Assembly: GCF_006345805.1 (NCBI RefSeq)
Contig: NC_042999.1
Span: 77,314,001 to 77,378,000 of the forward strand
Direction: 5' to 3'
Length of the DNA: 64,000 bases
DNA from: Octopus sinensis
Taxonomy: Eukaryota
Position numbers and translations under genes: made by a program. Shown here piece by piece: positions 38,801 through 50,600 of this stretch; the stretch's first letter is position 1; each line of letters begins with the position of its first letter. The notes under the pieces were generated by a model. It had not been told where the DNA came from and ran no database searches. It was given only the letters and a program-made list of their open reading frames with translations.

Positions 38801-41800
38801 ACACTGGCTTTCTACCTTGTCAAGCCCTACAATGTGTGAGTGTGTGTGAGTCTTGACTTGCAAAGAAAATCACCAGTCATATTAACAGCGTCGTTTATTT
38901 GCAGTCTTTTGTGAAAGCATGGTAGATGGAAGAAACTGTGTGGAAGCCTGTCATATTCATGTATGTGAGTCAAAGAGAGAGATAGAGGGAACAACTGTCG
39001 CTAGGTTGTTTACATTCTGCATACCTTTGTACTTTATCGAAAAGTGATGGTTAGCATAAGTGCCAAATTTAATAAATACTGGGGTCAGTCTGTACAACTA
39101 AAACCTTTCGAGGCTGTGCCCTAGCATGACCATAGTCCAATGACTGAAACAAGTTAAAAAATAAAAGAACACTCATACAACTAATCATGATTATCCATCT
39201 AACCCATGCCAGCATAAAAAGTAGATGTAAAACAATTATGATAAAGTGGAGGAAGATGTATGTTTTGTATATGTGTCTTTGTACTTGTTTACATTTGCAC
39301 TTCTCCAAGAATTACTGACCAGTGACAATGTTGTCATTTCCCTTGTCAACAAGTCATCTGCTGGTTTGTGCTTTCAATGACACGTGGAATAAAAGATTTT
39401 TATTTGTAAAACAGTTAATATTTAGCAACAGGAAGGGCTTTCATCTGTTAAACTGTGTCTATACTCAATAACACATGAATAGTTCCCCATGGCCTGACAT
39501 ATTTTCAGAAGAATGGAAACAAATGATACCACTTGTATGACAGTGACATTTGTTTACAACTATCATGTGATGTCAAGTCAAAAACACACATGCATGCGTG
39601 TGCGCATCCACACACACACACACAACTGGCTTCTTCAGTCTCTGTCTACCAAATCCACTCACAGGCTCTGGTCAGACAAGGCTATGGTAGAAGGCACTTG
39701 CCCAAAGTATTACTATGAAACTGAACCTGAAGTGACATGGTTGGGAATTGAACTTCTTAAAAACACAGCCATATCTATGCCTTCCTTGATGAATTCTCCA
39801 GTAATGTAACGATATTAATATAGTAAAAGTCACATATCATTAAATTATGTCTATTTGAGGCATTGTTCTTGCAAGCAGATGTTCTTGATCTGACTTGTTT
39901 TTCAAGTAAAGAGTCTCTTATTCCACACAGCTTCAAATGCACAAAGTGATTGGACATTTTGTTGACAGCAGAAGCTGACGACACCACCACCTCTCATGTT
40001 TGACTGTGTGTGTCTTTATACATATGCACTCGCAATTTGTGTTGTTGTTTTTTTATAGTCTGTGTCTTATTACATTTGATATTTATTGTATATTTGTGAT
40101 AATTTAATAATACTATATAACTTTTTTTGTTATTGTTGTCTTTGATTTCCTATGTGAATCACTTGCTTGTACCATTTAACACAAATTCACTTGCATTACT
40201 TAATGTAGTTATAGTCTTTGTTTTCTGTCATTACCAACACTGTTGGTCAACTTTTTTAAATAAATGCTTATTGCATATTTCTTTGCATTGATATATTATA
40301 TTCATATCTGAAACTTCCATTTAATTCTGCATTTACAAAAGGCTGCCTAATTCAACTTTTGTTTTTTCCACATTTCTTATTCCATCATATGTCAGTAGTT
40401 TTCATTTACATCTGTTGACTTTGTTATAGAATATAGTGAATCAATTATTATATCTACTACAAAACTTCCTTCCTCTAAAGGTATATTGATGTACTTACAA
40501 TCAGTTAAAACAATACTCAAAATCCTTTGCATCAATTTACAGTAATTAACTTTGATTTGTTGATGCTGATACATCCCATTCAGTCTGTAAATGAATATTA
40601 TTACTAGTACCATAAAGTCAAGCTACATACCTAGCAAACTGACCCAGCTTCATATTCCAGCTGTATCTGTTTCGCTTCAGTTAGTTTTTGTAAAGATATT
40701 AGCAACAATTTATTCCAACTTTACCACACACATGTGCACACACCAACCTGAAGCTAATTGTCCATGTAAGAAATCAATATTGCTCCATTCAGTGACAGTA
40801 AAAATCTTTATGTAGCAGTTATATTTTTCCTGTTCAATTTATCTTAATTTAGAAAATGTGTCCTATAAGTTGGATTATAAATTTTAGATGTTTATCTTTT
40901 CCAAAAATATCAAAAGAAAATGTTTCATCAAGTTGTAATTTTTCTGGTGATGATTTATGGCCAAAGATCTGGATTCTTACCTCAACCCCTACTGCTATTT
41001 TGTTTCATTATTAGAAGCACTTCACTCTCAGATGGCCTAGACTACATAGCTATGGTGTGTATGACTAACTACTACTCACCACTATTTATTTGTAATGCTC
41101 AACTCATATCCAGAAATATATGAACTTATATTCAATGAATAATATATTTGAAAAAATTATTATTCTCAATAATTTTCATTGTTAAACATATGCTGAAGTA
41201 GCTATGGATGTAATAATTCAGAATAACTTTAGAAACTTCAGTCTTGTTTTACTGAATAGAACCCTTAAAAATCAGGTTTTGTAATGCTTAATAAAAAGGT
41301 TTCTTCTGCTATGTTCATCAAAAAACATTTTTTTAAGAACATGTTTTTGTCAGGTATTCTTCCTGATACTTAATGTATTAAGAAATATCTTCTCATGTTT
41401 ACTCCTCATGACAATTTTATCTGTGTAAAGATATAAAACCTACACTTCTTACTGTACCCTATTATTGAAAGCCTGGTGTTTTATCCAAATACCTGATACT
41501 GCTTCACCTTGTGATTACCTGACATAAAGCAGTTAGTGCTAAGAGTAATGTGATATGAATCTCAAGAAGAGCATTTGTATTCTCCTGTATAAGAGGACAT
41601 AAAATGGTTACAAGTAGTGCTCCTTCTCTTCCACCTCAGAAAAAAAAAATGTTTATTCACTAACAGACTCAGGCTTATTAAAATTTACAGAATTTTATGA
41701 CTTATTTTCCTTGTATTAATGACATAAAAAAAATTACTAAGCATTTGATGAGTTAAATTTACCAATGTCATATTCAATTACTGCTAATTCTTTTCAGATA

Positions 41801-42011
41801 GTACTTTCTTATTAAGACAGGATTTCTCTCCTTGTCCTTCAGGGCTTTTCTTAATATCCTTTCATAAAGTTCTCCATGTACCTTTCAAATGGTTACTGGT
41901 TTGTCAGGTTTCCTTTGTGTATTTCACTAATTGCTATTGCAATACTATCACACTAATTATATCTCAATCATTACTATTAAATCCAGAGATACATTTGTTT
42001 TCAGTAGTGTT

Positions 42012-42044
<33 letters not shown>

Positions 42045-45000
42045 TATATATATACACACACATAATAAAAGTACAATTTTTGGTAGTATGTTCAAGTTAT
42101 TTCACATAATGATGTGTTTATGTTTTGTCTGACTTTACTCTTATGGTTTGTTATATTTGCTATCCTAATCCATTTTAATTCAGGGCGGGTGCTTCTTCAA
42201 GTGATTTGTGAGTACTATGGAACAGTGTTGATCTTGCATGTTATGCTCTGTAGTGCATTTATTTTATAACTCATCAGCTAGTCAGTATAAACAATTTTTT
42301 AAAATACATTCAGTGCACATAAAATATTTCCTTAAAAAAAATGTCTACAAAGCAGCTATTTCTGCTAGCTTAATAAATAGCTTTCTAGTTACATATGAAT
42401 TTGTGTTTACTGAATTGTCTATAGATTTGGTAAAATTTGTGGATTTTGTATTGCTATTATTATAAGAGTATTATTATTATTATTAATATTATTATTATTA
42501 ATATGAAAACATTATGATTGTAATTATAAAAAATATTATTAATCAGTAATATGGCAGATTAATTCAGTTAACTGTATCTCTCTCACTCAAAAATAGGCTT
42601 TGAGCCTTCTCAAATTATTATTGCTTTTCATCCTTTTGGAGTCAGATATAAATATCAGTCAAGTACTGGGATCGATGTAATCGACTTCCCCTTCCTTTCA
42701 AAAACTGCTGGCCCTGTGCCAAAATTTGAAACCATCATTATTATCATTATTATTATTATTATTATTATTATTTGATATGCAGTGGAGATTGCTGAGACAC
42801 TAGTGCACCAAATTAAATGCAATGTAGTATTTAGTTCCATTCTCCTCAATCCCAAATTTCAAATCCCTCTGGTCTTGTCCTTTCCTTTTATCCTTCTGTG
42901 TTGTGTGGTGGAGGGTCATCAAGAACTACTAATATTTTAGGGTCGATTTGATTGATCTATATCTTGCAACCCTATTTTAACATTATTATTGACTTGAAAG
43001 ACACTTACTTCAGGTCTGTGACTGGACAGAGTTGAAAATTTTGATCATTTTTCTAGTGTAGAATTTGCTGCTTGTTCTGAATTGCATTAACTTATGAAAT
43101 GTCAAGGAATTCATTGTGATTATGACTATCCAGCTCAGCCTCCACCTCATATGGTCAAAATGGGAATGAGTGTTTGGTCAATTCTTACTGAGATCAGTTT
43201 AGATCTGCAGACTAGACTGCAACTTTGTATAGCAGTATTTATCTGATTATCATAGTGAACAGCTTTATGTTTTCAGTTTAATATGATCGAAGGATTATGT
43301 TGAGCAGTTATTACTTGTGAGAGTGGTCAGACTGACAGAAAGATCCATGGTGAGAATTACTCCATTGTCATTTAACATTCTTGTTGTTTGAGATAGCAGA
43401 AATAGGAAGCTGACAATATATATATTATTATACTGTTTGGAGTTTAAATTCTGATCTACTTGGCCTTTCATCTCTCTAAAATCCACTAAAATATTAGTAA
43501 TGTACTAGAGTTATTTCACTTGATTGTGCCTCTTTACAAAAATCAGCCATTTATTTAATCTTACCAAATATTATTATATTCATTTCAATATATTATTCAC
43601 ATTTGGCACTTGCCATATCCTCAAATGGAGATATAGTGAAGCAAAACTAGACAAGGTTGTCAAAGAGACAAAATGAAAATAAAGCATATAACAAATTCAT
43701 CATTATAATGATTAGAACAGTTGAGTGATAGACTGGTAGAGAACTAGAAAAGTTATTCTCCAATATTTTGAGATTCTTGAGTTCAACTTCCTTTTCATTC
43801 TTCTTGCGTTGATAAAATAAATACTAGTCATGTTGTAAAGCTGATCGCATCAACTCAACTCTTCCTGCAAAATCTGTGGTCTTATGCTAATGTTAGAAAT
43901 TATCATTATTGTTATTGCTTTCCTTTATTTTATAATGTCACTAAAACACTGAAACATCCCAGTTAATAACATTACACAAATGTGCTTTCAATGTTTTGCA
44001 ATTAAAAACAAATAACACTTTGAACACTTTTACATTTATAAAGCCCCATATTTTTTTTCTATGTATTGAATTATATATCATATACATCATCATCATCGTT
44101 TAACGTCCGCTTTCCATGCTAGCATGGGTTGGACGGTTCAAATGGGGTCTGGGAAGCCCGAAGGCTGCACCAGGCCAGTCATATCTGGCGGTGTTTCTAC
44201 AGCTATTATTATTTATTAGTGAGTTGGCAGAATTGTTAGAGTATCAGTAAAATTTCTTTGCAATGTTTATTCTAGCTCTTCATATTCCTAAATTCAAATC
44301 TTGTCACGGTCAAATTTGTTTTTCATCCTTTTGAGGTCAATAAAATAAAGTACCAGTTGAGCACTAACGTTGATGTAACTGACTTAGTCCCTCTCTTCAA
44401 AAAATGAGTGACCATATGCCAACATTCAAATGATAATAATTATTATTATTAATTACTATAATTGAATATTTTATATGTAACCCAAATTAAAATTCTGATA
44501 TTATTGTTGTTAAGATGAGTGTCGGGCTAACTAGAGCATTAAACTGTGATTTGCATTAATTTTATGGTTCTTCATTCTGAGCTCACTTTCAATCAAGTCA
44601 CTTTTCTTTCTCTTGGAACGAGAAAATGAGTACCAGTTGCTAACTGAGATTAGTTCAACCATCTATGCTTGTTTCCTACAAAAATTGACCTTGTGCTCAT
44701 GTAAGACATCATTATCAGGCTGGGTCAATGAGAGACTATCTCTTTATGATGCTTCAGCTGATATGAACTTAATGCATCTTATACCTTTCCCCTTCCTCCC
44801 TCCCTCTCTTACATATAACTGTTTGCAGATAGAAATCTTATATTTTTTAAAGTATACTATTTATGAAAAGGCTGAAATTTCATAGCAGTAACATGGACCA
44901 ATAACAATTTAAATACGAAACTACTAATTCAAGCTCCTCTTCTGATGTTTGAGTGGTTTCTCTTACTTTTTTAAATGCAAATTATTATTTGAAAATGTTA

Positions 45001-47633
45001 ATTTTGTTGATCTTAATACTTGTATTTTCTTTTTTAATTTATTTAAAAAATTTGTTTATAATTGAAAATTACTTTTGTTCTACAGCTTGCATATATTACT
45101 CTCCTTCTCAAAAAAATAAAATATGTGATGATGTTTCTATATATTAATGAGAATTTTATTCTTATCTTCAGTTCAAGGAGAAATTAAAGTAAAACATAGC
45201 AAATTTAATTATGCAAATAAACTTATATTTTGTTGTTTTGTTTGTTTTCTTTCTTCCTTGTTCTATAGTTTTTATTGGAAGAATAGGAGTTCACAGAAGT
45301 GGTAGCATACCAGACTAAATATATTAGAATTTTATGACTTATTCCTTCACATTCTCTAATGAACTACATTCAGTGCTTACCTTGTCTTCTGTCTCTTCAA
45401 GGTCAATAAAATAAGTACCAAGTGAGGCATTCAATCAATCTTGACTCTACTCTTCAACACATAGCTTTGTGCCAATGGGAAACATTTTTGTTACTCATTT
45501 GTTACTTTATTACTTGATGATGAAGAGTGTATTCATGCCACATAAAATTGTGCCAATTTACAATTACCTTTTTTAGATAACTTTTTCTATGGCTGTAAAA
45601 AATTTTGATCTGAAAAAGAAATTTTTTATTTTTTTTATTTTCCTGATATTTTCTTGTTATTCTTTAGGTTTAAACCATTTGCAACATGGGGGAAAATTTG
45701 AAATTATTAAAAAAAAAACACGTGCATTATTTATTTATTTAAATTATCAATTATTTGACTTAAATTCATTGAAAAACAATTTGCTTGTTAAGAAATTGAT
45801 TAAAATTTTATTTTTCTTACATACCTAATAATAAAACTCCTTGTTTTTCATGGCATGGTAAGAGGAAGAATAACAGCATCCATGAATTTTTCACAGGAAT
45901 GCCAAGATTAGTAGTGAGGTCATAGTTTGCAGCAATAGGAAGTAACACCAAGTTTTTTCGTTACATTCTGCCTAAACATCTGATCCAAATGTCCACAAAA
46001 ATGTCCCTACTAAAGGTACTCAAGGACCAGCTCATCATTAAATTGGGCAACAGGTTAAGTCTAGCTTCTGGAGCTTGTGTTCAAAATGTTACACAGAATC
46101 ATAAGAAAAGACAATTCTAGTACTTACATGTACATTATATATATTTTATTGTAAATTTTTGTTGACTAGCAGTAATATTCTGGGTGAAAATTCTCCTTTT
46201 CAAATAGAAGAAAATAATGAATTCAGGGAAATGTATTGTTATCAGCAGGCCTTACATATATTTATTGATATAAAGCCTGCTAAGGTAGACTTTGCCTCTC
46301 ATCCTTCCAATTGATAAAATAGTACTAAAAATACTGGGTACAATTAACTTTACTACTCTCCAAATTTTATGGTTTGCTTGCAATGTTAGAAATCACCAAT
46401 ATTGGATTGGCAGCATTTAGAGATAGATAAGTGAACAAAAGCTCAATAAAATAATCTCAATTACGTATTGAGGTCAATTAAATTAGCTTCACACCTTCCA
46501 AATTTGTGACCTTATGCTAATGATAAAAGGTCAGTCAATTGGCAGAACTAGCAGCAAACAAAATGTCTTACAGTATTTAGTTATATCTCTTTACATTCTG
46601 AGTTCAATCCATTAGCATTTAGACTAGCCATATCCAGTCCATATATTTTTCCTATGTTCAAACCAACCAGATCTGGCCTCTCACACCTTCCCTATAATGT
46701 CACATCATCAAAATCTCAAAGCTACAAGATAATACATGATTAAATCAAAACAATGTGAAAAAATAAACATTATAATTGACAGAGTAATCTAAATGCTAAA
46801 GGTTAAATCCTGCCCGTATCACCTTTGTCTTTCATCTTTCTAAGATTGTTAAAATGAATACAACCCAAGTGCTGGCAGGATCAGTATACTTCATTATATT
46901 CCTCTCCCAAAATTTGTGTCTTATGTTAGAAATTATAATTAGTCAACCTCCAATCTGGTTCAACTATCTAGGTCATGCTTTCAAATATGATACAATGCCA
47001 TCCATATATATATAAACTAGGATAAATCCAATCAGCTGTAAATTGCTCCTATAAATTTGTTGCTTCATGCCCTTATAATAAAACAGCATTTCCCTTTATA
47101 TGTCTCTGAAAAATGCAAACATTATTTCCCATGTCCCCTTTCCCATAAATATGGGGTGTTGCACTTTTGTTAAAAATAATTATTTTATTATTATTGTCAT
47201 CGCCTTTCCTAGCACACCGTCTGTGACCTGTGGAAATGTTTCTGTTATTCTTGTGACTATATTGTAGATATCAGAAAACCTATAAACAACTGTCTGCTTA
47301 AATTATTGCAGTGCTCTGATGATCAATGTTTCTATGTACCTATCTAATAACACAGTTCATTTAGGGAGACTAGATCACCTGACATTGAGCTCCTTATCAT
47401 GTAACCCTTCAATGGTATCGTTATCACTATCATGGTGTTTACTGATCAATTAGATTACCTTTGATATGTTGGTCACAATAATTAAGCCACTACAATATGC
47501 TCCCATTCACTATTCTCTCTGTTTGTGTGTCATCATAAACTCATCTTTCACATCATAAACTCATACAACCACAACCACACACACACACACCTCAATGCAA
47601 ATTATTGTTTGTGGTGTATGTGCATGCATGTTT

Positions 47634-47664
<31 letters not shown>

Positions 47665-50600
47665 GGAGAAGGTTTGTAGTTAAGAATTTTGCTTTACAAC
47701 CACATGATTTTTGTTTTGATCCCACAGTGTGGAACTTTGGGGTTGAATGAGTTACAAAATGGCATCAAGAAGGGCATCCAGCTGTAGAAAACTGTTACAA
47801 GAATCTTATCCAACCCATGCCAGTGTGGTAAAAGCTGATGTACAAATATTGACTATATATATAATGATTCGTGAACATTTTATGTCCACTTACCATGCTG
47901 GTATGGAGTGTGTCATCACAGCCCAAGTCAGTTCGTATTTAGAATTACTGCCCTCCTCTCTTAGACAGATCAGACTATTGGCCATTAATATGCAAGGAAA
48001 AGCTTTCAGACACCAACACATTACTTGTCTACTATAACACCTTCATGACTACTCCATTCTTCAAGAAGAAATGTCCTGGGTTAATCTCTCTCCTGAAACA
48101 TTATCCTTGTGTCATGAAAGATATGCACTGTGATATGTAATGAAATAAATTAGGTTAAACTTTATTTAAAACAAAGGAAATAAAGAAAATATCATATTAA
48201 ACAAAAATACCAAAATGTGATTGATATAGTTGACAGTGGATTGAGAAATATCAAAGTAGGAATACTTAAGCTTTTTGGAAGTTGATGTTATGATAAATAT
48301 AAGAAAGTGGCCAAAACTTATACTACACATATGTTTTATGTTGAGGGCTTTGTTCGTCACCATTTGGTAGAGCTGTTTTACTTAATTGGTAAAAAAAAAA
48401 CCCAACTCGGGTTCAGAGGTGATCAAAAGTATTGTAGGTCCATTTTTTTTCACCCTAAGGGTTAGTTAATTCTGACTGTCAATGATATAGATTTTTAGAG
48501 ATTTCAATCAAAGGAAATATTTTGCATGTTTCAAAATATTATATGTTAGGTTTCATTTATTGTGGCTGTAGTTTTTGTCTTTATTTTCATTAGTAAATGT
48601 TTCAGCTTAATAGATCTTCAGCTATCTTTTCTGTTAGAGGCAATCTTTCACTGTTCTTAATGTTGACCATAATTTGCTTCATTCTACAAACAGAATCTAC
48701 AGAATTTCAGTCTCTCATTTGATTCATTTCTCTTTTAATCAATAAGTGTTGCTTTTTATTAACTTTTATTAGTTCCAGATTCCAACACTGCTCTGCATGA
48801 CTATAGGGCTTTACTTAAAATAGCCACTTAGTCTGGTGTAACTCTAATATCCTTACCGTCAATCCCATAATGTTCACTTCTACATTTCTTTGCAGATTTA
48901 TGGCTCTGCATGAAATTTTTTTCTTTAACATTTTTGTTTTGCATGATAATTTCCTCCCAGTTTCAGCTGTTGCTGCTTATTGAGTTTGCATGCACATTTA
49001 TGGTATTTTACTTGTTCTGAGAGTGACAATAATGAATATGCTAGGTTTTTGCAGAAATCCTACAATAACTGAACTACTTTTGTTACTCTGACAACTTCAA
49101 CAATGTATATTTTCTTAATGCATCTTTGGCATTCAGGTTTGTATTCTCAGAAAGCAAAGGAATTTATTTTGTGCTTGTGTCACTTTAATTTTCTTCTAAA
49201 TAATACATCCAATTTCAGTAACTACTTAATCACAATATACATAATGATTTCTCCTGAAATAATTATTATTATTTTTTTTTTTCATTTCTTTAAAGCATGT
49301 TTTCATGTCTGCTAGTTTGTTGCATCAAGTCATTTTATGAATTATTTTCTTCATTTTGGTATATATAAATATGTTGGGGTTTTTTTCTATAGATACCAGA
49401 AGACATCTGCTGCTATGAAGACTGCTTCTGAGAAAACTACATCTGCCATTTCAGTCCTTGGTGCTTCAGTAAGCAAAAAATTTGATGAAATGAGGTAACA
49501 TTTGTTTCTACAATACATAACAATTATTAAAAAGTATCCACATATACAATGAATTGTATCGTACACCAGTTTCTAAATTGTTTTGCTAAGAATAGAAACA
49601 AGAATTAAATGTTCTGTTGTCTATGCTGGATAATATAATAGAATAAATGTTTAACAGACAGACATTAAATGATGATGATGTTGGATATGTTATATATACA
49701 CAATGTGTAATAGAAGATTATAAAAAATATTGTTTGTGTATGATGTTTGCATACGATGCACATTTCATGTTTTTTTCAGATTTATGCTTGTGTGTGAAGA
49801 AACTGAAAGAGAAAAATATGTATCACTTTCTTCAGATTATAATGTTTTAAATTTCATTATGACAAGGGCAGATAGTTTAATCTTTTGTACTAATATTTAA
49901 TGAGATATTAAGTCCTTTCACATATCTAAGGACTAGTCCTTAACTCTGGTTTCTGTACTACTAAATAATAAGAGCCAAACCTACTCCAAGAAAGGACACC
50001 AATTCATATTAAATAAATTTCTCGCAAATGCTGGTCCATTTTTCAAAAAAGGTAGGCAAATTGAAGCTCATACTCAAAATATCCTGTTGTGAGTCATTGA
50101 AAATATCTGCAATGGATTTGAAATTTTACCTCTACTAAAATATATGAACCTTAATAACACCAAACATTGATAGCATTTGTTAATAGTATTTCAGCTTATT
50201 GTTTTATCACTCTAAGCTAGTAACTTGGATTAATGTTTATTAACTTACCAGCTAAAGAATCAATTTGAATCTTGTCATCAGTGTTACTCTTTAATGAACT
50301 TGCTGTAAGTAAGTATAGCTTGCTACTGAAAGGACTTGTTTCCTTGTGTTGTAGTGCTTATTCAAATCTAGCCCCATCCCATAAGTTCCATCATGTTGTT
50401 TGACACACTATATGACTACAAACACCATCTTATATAACCGAAAATAAAAAAAATTGTTATCTTGTAAAAACTGGTTGAGCACCATTGCACACTCTGTAAA
50501 GTGGTTGGCATTAGGAAGGGCATCCAGCCAAAGAAACCATGCTAAATCAGATTGGAGTTTAGTGCAGCACCCTGGCTTGCCAGCTCTGGTCAAATCATCC

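Noticed and set aside
40380-40830. Possible LINE endonuclease remnant (RNRYSW...LDFMVL, minus strand)
   Set aside because: Two short motifs in different frames; too little to call.
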